A stretch of DNA of 64,000 nt from an uncultured Candidatus Saccharibacteria bacterium (lineage in GTDB: Bacteria > Patescibacteriota > Minisyncoccia > Minisyncoccales > CAZUZH01). Below the pieces are notes generated by a model, which saw only the letters and a list, made by a program, of their open reading frames with translations, made no database searches and had not been told where the DNA came from. Shown here in pieces: positions 8,048 to 17,948 of the stretch; position 1 is the first letter of the stretch; each line of letters starts with the position of its first letter. Both the position numbers and the translations under genes were made by a program. The stretch spans positions 1,090-65,089 of the forward strand of contig CAZUZH010000001.1 in the NCBI GenBank assembly GCA_964624815.1, read 5' to 3'.

Positions 8048-9019
8048 TTTCATAGCTTCATTCCAAATTTCTGGGTCGCCCTGCTTCTCTTTTAGCCAGT
8101 ACCACCATTCAGCTCCCCAGAAGTAAAACCGGCTTAATCCGGTTTTTTTAGCGAATTCAATATTCTTTTTAAATTTTTCCAGATCCATTGTCTTTTTCTG
8201 TTCTTGAAGAGGCATATCTTTGACAAAAGTCGGACCCCAGGGTTCAGCCTGAAGCTCCAGGCAAATAACTTCTTTATCAAAAATCTTTTTAATTAACTTG
8301 GCTCGTTTATAATAAAAAGCTGGAGGAAAGGGGTACTTGACATAATTCTTGAACGGCTCAAACCATAATTTTCTGTAAATTGTAATTCCCACCATGTCTC
8401 CGTATTTTCCTGCCCTTGTCCAAAATGACCACTCGCCAGTATCAGAAACAATAATCGGTCTATTGTCTAAAGACTTTACCAAAACAATTTCTTTTTCTAA
8501 AAGAGCTTTGTTTGATTTGGGACATTCACCAAACTTAAAGAAGGGTTCGTTTTCTACCTGCCAGGCTGAAATAGCCGAAGAGTTTTTATATCTATTTACA
8601 ATTTTTTTAATATACGCCAATAATTTTTCTTTGGCAGCAGGTCTCCATTCCAACCAGACAGGAATGTGGCATTCAGGCCAGCGCGGAGTTTTCATGCCAA
8701 TTGTCAAAACGAGTTTAGCTCCTTTTTCTTCTGCTTTGGCAATCTGCCAATCCAAATCAGTAAAATCATATTTATCTTCTTTCGGTTCAATTAAGTCCCA
8801 ATAAGCAATTATTCTTATTTTTTTAACTTTTAAATCATCTAATAAAGCCAAGTAAACTTCTTTCCAGTCTAAATCAAGACTTTTAGTCTGTTTTTGGGAA
8901 AAAGTAACAGCCCAAGTAATTTTCTCAATTTGAGGAGCTTTGCCGACAAAAAAATAACCAGCAATAATTAAAAGTAATAATATTATAGGGAGTAAAAAGA
9001 ATTTTAAAATTTTTTTCAT
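8039..9019 (-). CDS. putative secreted glycoside hydrolase (TIM-barrel, clan GH-A-like)
   Basis: Signal anchor. WQVENEP motif resembling the GH-A catalytic acid. Confidence 0.4.
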   Translation of the reverse strand: MKKILKFFLLPIILLLLIIAGYFFVGKAPQIEKITWAVTFSQKQTKSLDLDWKEVYLALLDDLKVKKIRIIAYWDLIEPKEDKYDFTDLDWQIAKAEEKGAKLVLTIGMKTPRWPECHIPVWLEWRPAAKEKLLAYIKKIVNRYKNSSAISAWQVENEPFFKFGECPKSNKALLEKEIVLVKSLDNRPIIVSDTGEWSFWTRAGKYGDMVGITIYRKLWFEPFKNYVKYPFPPAFYYKRAKLIKKIFDKEVICLELQAEPWGPTFVKDMPLQEQKKTMDLEKFKKNIEFAKKTGLSRFYFWGAEWWYWLKEKQGDPEIWNEAMKLF

Positions 9020-9068
9020 AGACTTATTATTTTATCTGGTGCGTATTTTTAACTAAATACTTAAAATA

Positions 9069-10154
9069 TTATTTTAAAGTTTCAGCGATTGTTCTGGCAA
9101 TTTTATAAACAGGCGCATCTTTTTTTTGGACAGGGTTTAGTTTGGGCAGATTTTTTTTCATTTCTTTTTTTATTATTTCAGCCACTTTTTTGGGGTTTTT
9201 TTGAAAATAAGCGCGAGTTCTTTCTTGGGCATATTTAATATTTGCTTTTTCCTGGCCATGGACATAATCGGTTATAATAATTGGAAGGCCATTGGAGATA
9301 GCTTCTTCTATTGTTCCCGGTCCAGCCTTACCAATTACAATATTGGCTATGGACATAATTTCGGGCATTTTATTCGTATATCCCAAAACAGCTACTGGCA
9401 AAGAAGAAAGTTTTTCTTGAAGTTTTTTATTTCTTCCGCATACAACTAAAATTTGAGTGGCTATTTTTTGAGAGAGAACTTCGCACACTATTTTATAAAT
9501 AGTTCCTCCGCCCTCTCCACCGCCCGTAAATAAAGTTAAATAGCCGGGCTTAATGGCAAACTTTTTACGAATGTTTTCTAAATTTTTTGGTTTTTCGTAA
9601 AAACCCGGCTTTATTGGCAATCCTAATACCTTAATCTTTGATTCCGGTATTCTATAAGCTGAACATTGTTTTTTTGCTTGTTCGGTGGCAACAATAATTA
9701 GGTCTGCCTTTGGCTCAATCCAGCTTGCATGGACGCTTACAGGATCAGCGACAACTATTATTAATGGAATTTGGAGTTGATTGTTTTGGATTATTTTTTG
9801 GCCTAAATATCCTGCCAAACCATGAAGGCTAATAATAGCATCTGGTTTTTTATCTAAAATCAATTTATTTACTCTACGGCATACGAGCCAATAGAGGGGT
9901 TTGATTATTTCTCTCCCCATTTTGTTATTAGTCAGATGATAAACTAAACCGTATCCAACCGAACTTCTGGTGTTGTGTATGGATTTTGAGTAAATTTTTT
10001 TGATAAACTTATTAAACCAGTAGTTGCCCTCATTTAAGAAATCAATTATTTCGGTCTTAAAACAACCCATTTGTTTAAGGGTCAATATTATTGCCTGAGC
10101 TGAGGTTCGGGGTCCCCCTCCTGTGCCTGAAACTAAAAAAATAATTTTTTTCAC
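9069..10154 (-). CDS. GT28-family glycosyltransferase (MGDG synthase/MurG-like)
   Basis: N-terminal LVSGTGGG glycine-rich loop and the two-domain GT-B layout. Confidence 0.55.
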   Translation of the reverse strand: MKKIIFLVSGTGGGPRTSAQAIILTLKQMGCFKTEIIDFLNEGNYWFNKFIKKIYSKSIHNTRSSVGYGLVYHLTNNKMGREIIKPLYWLVCRRVNKLILDKKPDAIISLHGLAGYLGQKIIQNNQLQIPLIIVVADPVSVHASWIEPKADLIIVATEQAKKQCSAYRIPESKIKVLGLPIKPGFYEKPKNLENIRKKFAIKPGYLTLFTGGGEGGGTIYKIVCEVLSQKIATQILVVCGRNKKLQEKLSSLPVAVLGYTNKMPEIMSIANIVIGKAGPGTIEEAISNGLPIIITDYVHGQEKANIKYAQERTRAYFQKNPKKVAEIIKKEMKKNLPKLNPVQKKDAPVYKIARTIAETLK

Positions 10155-10251
10155 GGTTTTATAATTCCTTATAGAAGACCACGGCTTTATTCGTAGGTCT
10201 CTATTCTTTTTGACAACCCCATACTTTTATTTTATACACTTTTAACTAAAC

Positions 10252-10279
10252 TTGACAAGTTTTTTTAGATGACTAAAAT
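10252..10279 (+). promoter_or_regulatory. sigma70-like promoter TTGACA-16 nt-TAAAAT upstream of greA
   Basis: Hexamers and spacing read directly. Confidence 0.4.
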
Positions 10280-10307
10280 TAATAATGTTGGAGGGTAAAA
10301 GATTAAT

Positions 10308-10781
10308 ATGGAAGAAAGAACTTATTATTTAACTAAACAAGGCTTGAAGAAATTAAAGAAAGACTTGGAAGGTCTCAGAAAAATAAGGTATTCTAAGATT
10401 AAAGGAGAGGTACCGAGCATTTTACATTCCGAAGACATAAATTCTGAATATCTTTCTTTTTGGGAAGATGCCGATTTTTTAGAGAATAGAATAGTAGAGT
10501 TAGAGTATGTTATGAAGAACTTTGAAATTATTAAAAAGCCTCTGAAAGAAAGACAGAGCTTTATAGACTTAGGGGCAACAGTTTTAACCGAAGCCAACGG
10601 AGAGAAAGTTAAATTTAAAATTGTTGGAAGTTTGGAAGCTAACCCTTCATTAGGAAAGATCAGCGAAAGGTCTTTGGTTGGAAAAAGTCTTTTGGGCTGC
10701 AAAAAGGGAGATATTGTAAGAGTAAAGTCTTCTTTCCCTATTACTTATAAAATTATAGGAATAAAATATGAAGACATTTAA
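10308..10781 (+). CDS. greA: transcription elongation factor GreA
   Basis: N-terminal coiled coil and C-terminal FKBP-like domain (ISERSLVGKSLLGCKKGDIV). Confidence 0.8.
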   Translation: MEERTYYLTKQGLKKLKKDLEGLRKIRYSKIKGEVPSILHSEDINSEYLSFWEDADFLENRIVELEYVMKNFEIIKKPLKERQSFIDLGATVLTEANGEKVKFKIVGSLEANPSLGKISERSLVGKSLLGCKKGDIVRVKSSFPITYKIIGIKYEDI

Positions 10782-10790
10782 GAAAATTAT

Positions 10791-10817
10791 CCGCCGTGAA
10801 AACGGCGGGTTTGTTTT
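10791..10817 (+). terminator. rho-independent terminator (ccgccgtgaaaacggcgggtttgtttt)
   Basis: GC stem followed by a T-run. Confidence 0.6.
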
Positions 10818-10846
10818 AAGATCTTTTATAGCAAGAGATCTTCTTT

Positions 10847-11536
10847 ATGAAAAATCTAATTAATTTTTTACTTAAAACAGGAAAATTGAAGAAAATAAGG
10901 AGAAGCGGCTGGGTATTAAGGAAAGTAAAAGACCCTGAAACAATTGCTGGACATAGTTTTCGTTTAGCAATACTTGGTTGGATTTTGGGTAAGAAAAAAG
11001 AAATAAATCCGGAAAAAATTATTAAGCTCGCTTTAATTCATGATTTGTGCGAAGTTTATAGCGGTGATATTACTCCCTATGATGATATTCTTCCAAAAGA
11101 TGAAAAAAAACAGAAAGAACTATTAAATAAGTGGCCAAGATTTTCAGACAAAAAGAAAAAGGAATACATTTTTAAAAAACACAAAAAAGAATGGGAATCT
11201 TTAAAAAAAATTGTTTCTGATTTATCAATTCCTGACCAGAAAGAAATTATTAATCTTTGGTGCGAGTATGAATTAGGATTAAGTGAAGAAAGCCGATTTA
11301 TGAAACAGTTGGATAAGGTAGAAAATCTTATTCAGGCCCTTGAGTATTGGCAAGAAGATAAAGATTTTCCAATAGTTCCATGGTGGATTCAGATTAAAGA
11401 AGAAATTGACGACCCGATTTTGCTGGATTTTGTTTATGAATTAGATAAAAAATTTCACCCTCCTAATTTTGCCCGGCAGAGTAAAAAAGCGCCCGACAGA
11501 AAACATGGAATGCAAAAAAGAGGAAAACTTAAATAA
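10847..11536 (+). CDS. HD-domain phosphohydrolase (YfbR-like)
   Basis: GHSFR and HDLCEVYSGD motifs (H...HD...D metal ligands). Confidence 0.6.
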   Translation: MKNLINFLLKTGKLKKIRRSGWVLRKVKDPETIAGHSFRLAILGWILGKKKEINPEKIIKLALIHDLCEVYSGDITPYDDILPKDEKKQKELLNKWPRFSDKKKKEYIFKKHKKEWESLKKIVSDLSIPDQKEIINLWCEYELGLSEESRFMKQLDKVENLIQALEYWQEDKDFPIVPWWIQIKEEIDDPILLDFVYELDKKFHPPNFARQSKKAPDRKHGMQKRGKLK

Positions 11537-11677
11537 TTGTCTCTGCCCCGTTAGATATTTTGGTTTTATTATCGACAATAAAGGTTAAAACCTCTTTTTT
11601 CTTTTGTAAGATTTATTTTGTAATATTGCTCTGTATCTAACGGGACCTGTACTTATCCTAGTTGTGATAAAAAAGGT

Positions 11678-11806
11678 ATGTGCCGTGAGTGTTTAAGGTA
11701 TCATTTAGACAGAGATGAGCTTCCTGCTTTCTATTTTGATATGGCAAGTGAAAAAACTTATGATAGGTCAATAGAAAATTTTATTAGAATAAAATCCCAA
11801 AAATGA
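11678..11806 (+). CDS. candidate small ORF (42 aa, CxxC-containing) in a 350-nt intergenic region
   Basis: ATG..TGA ORF MCRECLRYHLDRDELPAFYFDMASEKTYDRSIENFIRIKSQK. Weak RBS. Not in the supplied track (below its length cutoff). Confidence 0.25.
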   Translation: MCRECLRYHLDRDELPAFYFDMASEKTYDRSIENFIRIKSQK

Positions 11807-11893
11807 TTAGAAAAAATATAAATAGTTTAAAATACTACGAGAACGGTTCTCGTAGTGTTTTGTTATTTATACTTGTGAATAAATAAGTTTTGT

Positions 11894-12934
11894 TTGTTTT
11901 CAAAAACAGGTATAATTATTTATATGAAAAAAGTTTTATTCTTTTTATTAACTCTTTTAATTGGATTATGGATTTTTTACTTTATTATAAGAACTGTTGG
12001 TCTGGAAAGCATGAAGTATGCTTTCTCTATTTTTTTAGGAGCTAAAGGAATTGCTGTTTTTGGTTTAACTTTTCTAATGCTGGTTATTGGGGTTTGGAAA
12101 TGGAAACTTGTGTTGAAAACACAAGGACACAAAGTTTCTTTAAAAGAGTTGCTGGGTTTCCGTTTTTCCAGTTTCTCTATGTTGTTTTTTGCGCCTATGC
12201 TGGTTTTAGGCGGGGATATTTTTCGGAGTTATGCTTTGAAAGAAAAAAAAGACGTGCCATGGGAAAAAGCAATGGGGTCAGTCATAATAGACAGAATATT
12301 GGAGTGGACATGTAATTTAATGATAGTTTTAAGCGGTGTTGTTTTTTTTATCTTAAAAGTCGGAATTATTCCACATAAATTTAAAGTAATTTTATTTGGT
12401 TCTCTCATAATTCTAATCATGGGGGCTGTATTTTTTTATATCAGGTCTTTTAGAAAAAAGAGCATACTAAGGATTTTTATGAGGCGGACCAAACAGAATC
12501 ATTTTCTGGACATAGAACAAGAGGTTTTCAAATTTTTCAAACCTAAAAAAATAGCAATGTGGAAATGCCTTGCCATTTCTTTTTTTAGAAGTTTAATTGC
12601 CGTTTTAAGGTGCTGGCTGGTAATAATGTTTTTAGGAAAAGGATTAGCTGTTTTCCCTGCCATTTCTATTCTCGGTTTTTATTTTTTAGCTCTTTTAATT
12701 CCCATTCCAGCTGCACTGGGAAGCCATGATGCCTTACAGGCTTTTGCTTTTAGCGCCTTAGGCTTGGGGGCCGGCTCCGGAGCAGCTTTTGCCACGATTA
12801 TCAGGGGAGCAGAGTTAGCTGCTGCTTTAATCGGATTAGTTCTTTTATTTAGGCTTGGGGTTGGTTTAATCAGGGATATTTTCTTTAAAAAAATAGATAT
12901 CTTTTTAGGCTCAATTACAAATTCCAAGGAATAA
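11894..12934 (+). CDS. multi-pass membrane protein, flippase-like/LPG-synthase-TM (UPF0104)-like
   Basis: 8 or more TM helices. The start may instead be the MKKV at 11924. Confidence 0.4.
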   Translation: MFSKTGIIIYMKKVLFFLLTLLIGLWIFYFIIRTVGLESMKYAFSIFLGAKGIAVFGLTFLMLVIGVWKWKLVLKTQGHKVSLKELLGFRFSSFSMLFFAPMLVLGGDIFRSYALKEKKDVPWEKAMGSVIIDRILEWTCNLMIVLSGVVFFILKVGIIPHKFKVILFGSLIILIMGAVFFYIRSFRKKSILRIFMRRTKQNHFLDIEQEVFKFFKPKKIAMWKCLAISFFRSLIAVLRCWLVIMFLGKGLAVFPAISILGFYFLALLIPIPAALGSHDALQAFAFSALGLGAGSGAAFATIIRGAELAAALIGLVLLFRLGVGLIRDIFFKKIDIFLGSITNSKE

Positions 12935-13033
12935 TAAAGTTTACCTTATCTACCAAAGGATTTAATGATATAATTGATAAAAGCGGTCTAAGTAAAGGAA
13001 AATATATGTTAAAATAATTAAAGGTTAAATAAT

Positions 13034-13675
13034 ATGTTTAAATCAATCAACAAAGTTATAAAAGTTTTAATCTATAGTGATTTTGTTTTAAATAGCGCTT
13101 GGGGTTTTGTTGCTCCGATTTTTGCTCTTTTTGTTGTTAAAAATATTACCGGAGGCGATGTGGCAAAGGGCGCTGAAGTGGCTGGTTTCGCTGCTCTTTT
13201 TTATTGGGTTGCGAAATCTCTTTTACAGATTCCTCTTAGTAAAGGTTTTGACAAAAGGACTGGAGAAAGAGATGATTATTGGTTTATGTTTTTTGGACTA
13301 TTTATAACCGGACTTGCTCCTTTTGGCTTTTTAATATGCAGTCTGCCTTGGCATATTTATTTATTTCAATTATTACACGCTGCCGGCATGGCAATGTTTG
13401 TTCCTTCGTGGAACGCTGTTTTTACCAGACATATGGATACAAAAAAAGCGGCTTATGAATGGGGAATGGACAGCACGCTTCTTGGCCTTGGAATAGGAAT
13501 TACAGGCGCTATAGGAGGATTAATAGCCGCCTTGATAGGATTTGAAGTGATTTTTATTTTAGCCGGGACATTAACAATAGTTTCTGCGTTTATTCTTCTT
13601 TTTATCCATAAAAAAATTCTTCCCCGTGACCGCTTATTGCCAAAGCTTCCGTTTATTAGGGGCCGCCAATTTTAA
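13034..13675 (+). CDS. hypothetical 6-TM membrane protein (MFS-half-like)
   Basis: Hydrophobic profile only. Confidence 0.35.
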   Translation: MFKSINKVIKVLIYSDFVLNSAWGFVAPIFALFVVKNITGGDVAKGAEVAGFAALFYWVAKSLLQIPLSKGFDKRTGERDDYWFMFFGLFITGLAPFGFLICSLPWHIYLFQLLHAAGMAMFVPSWNAVFTRHMDTKKAAYEWGMDSTLLGLGIGITGAIGGLIAALIGFEVIFILAGTLTIVSAFILLFIHKKILPRDRLLPKLPFIRGRQF

Positions 13676-13768
13676 AGACAGAAGCCATAAAACGCCTTTA
13701 CAACGCCATTAAACTTCTTTATATTTTGTCATATAAAGGCGTAGTAATGGTGACTAAAGGCTTCTATA

Positions 13769-15544
13769 ATGAATAACAGAGAATTAGCTAAAATCTTTTA
13801 TGAGATGGCTCAGTATATGAAAATGGAAGAAATAGATTTTAAACCTTTTGCTTATGAAAGAGCAGGCGCAAGCATAGAAGCCTTGGAGCAGGATGTTGAG
13901 GAGATTTATAAAGAAGGAGGTGTAGCAGGACTGGAAAAGATTTCAGGAGTTGGAAAAAATATTGCCAGAAAGATTGAGGAGTATATAAGCACGGGGAATA
14001 TTAAGACATATCAGAGATTGAAAAAGAAAACACCTGTTAACCTTGAAGAGCTGGTTAATATTGAGGGAGTGGGTGTGAAAAAAGTTAAAATTTTATACAG
14101 AAAGTTAAAAATTAAAAACCTAAAAGATTTAGAAAAAGCTGCCAAAGCTCATAAAATCGCTCCCTTATTCGGTTTTGGTGAAAAAACTGAGAAAAATATT
14201 TTACAAGGAATTAAGTTTTTAAAAAGAAGCAAGGGGAGATTTTTATTAGGAGAGATTTTGCCTCATGTTCGTGAAATTATAGAAAGATTAAAGAGCTTGG
14301 AAGAGGTTGAACAAATCAGCACCGCCGGTTCTTTGAGGCGGATGAAAGAAACAATTGGAGACGCCGATATTTTAGTTGTTTCAGGGAAGCCGTCCAGTGT
14401 GATGGATTTTTTTTGTTCTTTACCAGAGGTCGTAAAAATTTGGAGCAAAGGAAATACGAAAAGTTCAGTAAGGATGGAAAATAGTTTTGGGCACGTTAGA
14501 AATAAGATTTCTAACGGAGTTGATATAGACATTAGGGTCGTAGCTAAAGAAAGCTATGGTTCAGCGCTTCAATATTTTACCGGCTCAAAAGAACATAATA
14601 TAATAACTAGAAAGATTGCTATTGCCAAAAAACTAAAATTAAATGAATACGGAATTTTTCAAGGCAAGAAAATGATAGCCGGCAAAACAGAAAAAGAGAT
14701 TTACAAAATTTTAGGAATGGATTGGATTCCTCCGGAAATGCGTGAGAATCAAGGAGAAATTGAACTTGCCTTAAAGAAAAAACTGCCAAGAATTATTGAT
14801 TATAAGGATATTAAAGGAGATTTACATTGCCATTCTAACTGGGACGGCGGAGTAAATTCAATTTTAGAAATAGCAGAAACAGCCATGGAAATGAGTTATG
14901 AGTATTTAGGAATTTCTGACCACACTAAGTTTTTACGCATAGAAAATGGCTTAGATGAAAGGCAGTTATCCCAGCAGAGAAAAGAAATAGAAAAAATAAA
15001 TGCCAAAATCCAAAACTCAAATGTCAAATCAAGCTCAAAATCCAAATTTCAAATTTTACAGGGATGTGAAACTAATATTTTAAATAACGGCTCGGTTGAT
15101 ATAAAAGACGAAGCCTTGAAGAAATTAGACTATGTTATTGCCGGTGTTCATTCAAGCTTCAAGATGTCTAAAGAAAAAATGACTGAAAGAATTATTAGAG
15201 CAATGAAAAATCCCCATATTAAAATAATTTCCCACCCCACCGGAAGAATTTTGAAAAAGCGGGAGGAATACCAGATAGATTTTGACAGAATTCTACGCGC
15301 AGCCAAACAAACAGAAACAATTTTAGAAATTAATGCCTATCCCGTAAGATTGGATTTAAACGACAAGAATATCAGGCGAGCAAAAAGAGCCGGAGTAAAG
15401 ATGATTATTAACACTGATTCCCACCAAAAAAATCAGCTGCGCTTTATAGAATTCGGCATTGCCCAAGCTCGCAGGGGATGGGCAGAAAAGAAAGACATTA
15501 TCAACACTCAGCCATTGCAAAAACTATTGAAGTTTTTGGAATAA
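13769..15544 (+). CDS. polX: DNA polymerase X family protein with C-terminal PHP domain
   Basis: HhH motifs, a polymerase-beta-like core and C-terminal PHP (GDLHCHSNWDGG). Carries the in-frame insertion at 15005-15058. Confidence 0.8.
   Translation: MNNRELAKIFYEMAQYMKMEEIDFKPFAYERAGASIEALEQDVEEIYKEGGVAGLEKISGVGKNIARKIEEYISTGNIKTYQRLKKKTPVNLEELVNIEGVGVKKVKILYRKLKIKNLKDLEKAAKAHKIAPLFGFGEKTEKNILQGIKFLKRSKGRFLLGEILPHVREIIERLKSLEEVEQISTAGSLRRMKETIGDADILVVSGKPSSVMDFFCSLPEVVKIWSKGNTKSSVRMENSFGHVRNKISNGVDIDIRVVAKESYGSALQYFTGSKEHNIITRKIAIAKKLKLNEYGIFQGKKMIAGKTEKEIYKILGMDWIPPEMRENQGEIELALKKKLPRIIDYKDIKGDLHCHSNWDGGVNSILEIAETAMEMSYEYLGISDHTKFLRIENGLDERQLSQQRKEIEKINAKIQNSNVKSSSKSKFQILQGCETNILNNGSVDIKDEALKKLDYVIAGVHSSFKMSKEKMTERIIRAMKNPHIKIISHPTGRILKKREEYQIDFDRILRAAKQTETILEINAYPVRLDLNDKNIRRAKRAGVKMIINTDSHQKNQLRFIEFGIAQARRGWAEKKDIINTQPLQKLLKFLE
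15005..15058 (+). repeat. 54-nt A-rich 7-nt-periodic element inserted in-frame in polX (encodes KIQNSNVKSSSKSKFQIL)
   Basis: About 47 of 54 nt identical to 31676-31729 inside glyQS, in the same reading frame. Confidence 0.6.
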
Positions 15545-15546
15545 AA

Positions 15547-15588
15547 AACCGGATTAAATTTCTCGTTCAAAGAAATTTAATCCGGATT
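15547..15588. terminator. hairpin terminator (aaccggattaaattt...aaatttaatccggatt)
   Basis: 13-bp stem. Lies between polX and a candidate minus-strand small ORF. Confidence 0.55.
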
Positions 15589-15757
15589 AGAGCCGTCTAT
15601 TTATTTCTGGTCCGGTGCTTCCCACAAGCAAGATTATACCCACAAAAAAGAGAGGATACCATTTTTCAATAAAAACATCTGGATCGTTCAGAAAAATGAC
15701 CACGCTTATAGCGGAACATACCAAACCAAAAACGGCTAATATTTTTTTAATTTTCAC
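15587..15757 (-). CDS. candidate small membrane protein (56 aa, GTG start, AGGAG RBS)
   Basis: Translates to VKIKKILAVFGLVCSAISVVIFLNDPDVFIEKWYPLFFVGIILLVGSTGPEINRRL. Not in the supplied track. Confidence 0.3.
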   Translation of the reverse strand: MKIKKILAVFGLVCSAISVVIFLNDPDVFIEKWYPLFFVGIILLVGSTGPEINRRL

Positions 15758-15831
15758 TTTTATTCTCCTTTCCTTTTTAATAGTTGTGAAAAGATCTATA
15801 AATAGTATATCATAGTTTAAGATTTATTTCA

Positions 15832-17553
15832 ATGAAAAAAATTCTTAAATCACCTGTCTTTCAAATTAGTCTAATTCTTATTTTAGTCACAATCGTTTAT
15901 TTTAATGTTTTTAAGGTTCCTTTTATTTGGGACGATGAAGTTCAAATCGTAGGGAATCAGTTTGTCACGAATTCCGGATTTTTCAAAGAAATTTTTACCA
16001 GTACGGTGATGCAAGGAGGCAGCGGTCCGGGCGGAGCTTCTTTTTATCGCCCCTTAGTGGTTTTATTTTATCGTTTTGAATATATTTTATTTGGATTAAA
16101 TCCAGCAGGCTTTCATTTAATAAGCCTGCTTTTTCATTTCTTAAATATAGTTTTAATTTATTCATTAGTCAGAAAAATCACCCAAAAATACCTTTTAAAA
16201 TTAACTTCATTGGCCCCGTTTTTAGCTTGCTTTTTATTTGCTTTTCATCCGATTAATGTTGAGGCAGTTTCATGGATTGCCGTTCAGGGAGATTTAGTTG
16301 CGGCCTCTGCTCTCTTGACGTCTTTCTTTCTTTTAATTTTTTGGGCGGAAAGCGGATTTCAAAAAAGGAAATATTTAATTGGAGCCCAATGTTTATTTTG
16401 CTCAGCTTTATTTATTAAAGAGCCGACTATAATTTTTCCATTAATATTTTTTATTTACTTGCTTATTTTTTACCCAATTAGAAAAAATTTTTCTAATTGG
16501 GTAGCATATTTAAAATTTATTCTCACTTCTGTTGCAACGGTTTCAATTTATGCTGTTTTTCGTTTTTTAATAGCTAAAATTTATTTTGGTTCATCTCTCT
16601 CCTTAATTGGCAAAGCTTCCAAAATGGAGCATTTTCTTACTGATATAACTTCATTGGGAAATTACTTTAAGCTTATATTTTTCCCTTCTCCTCTTTGCAG
16701 CGATCGCCAGTTTATCATCTCTCATGTATCTGATTGCCGTTTTATTATTTCTGCCCTGTTTTTAATTTTTCTGATATTTTTATTTATTAAATTTCGCAAA
16801 AAAATCAGTCCAATTATTCATTTCTTTACGGCTTGGTTTTTTATTGGGATTTTGATTACTATTAATTTTCTTTTCCCGGGCGGGCCGGTTATGGCTGAGC
16901 GATACCTTTATTTTCCCGCTATTGGATTGATTATTTTAATCGCTTTTGGTCTAAGTTATATTTTCCAGAAGCCATCTAAACGCTGGCGATTTTTTTTAAT
17001 TTTCCTGTTTATAATTAATTTCGCTTTTTGGGGCTATAAAATTTGGACAAGAAATCAACAATGGCAATCTCCCCTGAGTTTTTATCAGCACGATGCACAA
17101 CTATCACAGAATAGCTTTCTTTTAGAGACTAATCTCGGAGTAGAATACTTCCGGCATAAGAATTTTGACGGGGCTGAAAAAGCTTTTCTTAGGGCAATTG
17201 AAATTGAGCCGAGTTACGGCGTTGCCCATAATAATTTGGGAGTGATTTTAAAACAAAAAGGCAAAACGGAAGAAGCGGTTTCAGAATATAAAAAAGCAAT
17301 AACCCTTTCCAATTATTATCTGGCTTATATTAATTTGGGTGATATTTATTTTACGAACCAAAATTATAAGGAGGCGATTCTTCTGCTGAAAAGAGCTTCT
17401 AATTTCTTTCCCTATAATTCAGCCGTGCTTTCCCGTTTAGCCCTGGCTTATTGGCAGACAGAAGATTTTGAGAAAGCCAGAGCTATAGCTGTTAGGCTTT
17501 TAGCCATTAATCCAAATGACCAATTAGCCAAAAGCATTTTACAAGGCAAATGA
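15832..17553 (+). CDS. membrane glycosyltransferase-like protein (GT39/PMT_2-like) with C-terminal TPR repeats
   Basis: About 12 TM helices with a FYRPLV motif; the C-terminus has TPR repeats (AIEIEPSYGVAHNNLGVIL). Confidence 0.5.
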   Translation: MKKILKSPVFQISLILILVTIVYFNVFKVPFIWDDEVQIVGNQFVTNSGFFKEIFTSTVMQGGSGPGGASFYRPLVVLFYRFEYILFGLNPAGFHLISLLFHFLNIVLIYSLVRKITQKYLLKLTSLAPFLACFLFAFHPINVEAVSWIAVQGDLVAASALLTSFFLLIFWAESGFQKRKYLIGAQCLFCSALFIKEPTIIFPLIFFIYLLIFYPIRKNFSNWVAYLKFILTSVATVSIYAVFRFLIAKIYFGSSLSLIGKASKMEHFLTDITSLGNYFKLIFFPSPLCSDRQFIISHVSDCRFIISALFLIFLIFLFIKFRKKISPIIHFFTAWFFIGILITINFLFPGGPVMAERYLYFPAIGLIILIAFGLSYIFQKPSKRWRFFLIFLFIINFAFWGYKIWTRNQQWQSPLSFYQHDAQLSQNSFLLETNLGVEYFRHKNFDGAEKAFLRAIEIEPSYGVAHNNLGVILKQKGKTEEAVSEYKKAITLSNYYLAYINLGDIYFTNQNYKEAILLLKRASNFFPYNSAVLSRLALAYWQTEDFEKARAIAVRLLAINPNDQLAKSILQGK

Positions 17554-17554
17554 A

Positions 17555-17588
17555 GGTCTAAAAAATGCCTAGGCAAGAAAATTAGACC
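17555..17588. repeat. partial copy of the palindromic element gcctaggcaagaaaattagac (full copy at 43625-43666)
   Basis: A 21-nt identical segment. Confidence 0.4.
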
Positions 17589-17633
17589 TCTACTCCCCGA
17601 TTAGCATATAGCGTAGCGGGGACTGGCACATTT

Positions 17634-17915
17634 ATGCAAAATTTTCAAAAAGGAGTTTTTAGAGTTGTAAAGAAAATTTCGCGAGGGAGAGTTTTAAACT
17701 ACAAAGAAGTTGCCAAAAGGGCCGGCAGTTCTCGGGCTTGGCGGGCGGTTGGAAATATTTTGAATAAAAATAAAAACCCCAGAATTCCCTGCCACCGAGT
17801 AATTCGTTCTAACGGCAAAATCGGCGGCTACAATCAAGGAACAAAGAAAAAAGCCTTGCTTTTACAAAAAGAGGGTGTTAGAATTAAAAAGTTCAAAGCG
17901 GAGAAAAAGTTTTAG
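17634..17915 (+). CDS. ogt: methylated-DNA-[protein]-cysteine S-methyltransferase, DNA-binding domain (Ogt/MGMT-like)
   Basis: Active-site PCHRV motif and the surrounding helix-turn-helix. Confidence 0.8.
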   Translation: MQNFQKGVFRVVKKISRGRVLNYKEVAKRAGSSRAWRAVGNILNKNKNPRIPCHRVIRSNGKIGGYNQGTKKKALLLQKEGVRIKKFKAEKKF

Positions 17916-17948
17916 TACCTTAATAGCAGCAAAAAAGGAGGAAAGAAA

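Noticed and set aside
8394-8804. Plus-strand track ORF inside the minus-strand glycoside-hydrolase-like gene (and similar internal antisense ORFs such as 39747-40259, 45081-45368 and 61814-62338)
   Set aside because: They are nested antisense ORFs in AT-rich DNA without start context. Treated as noise.
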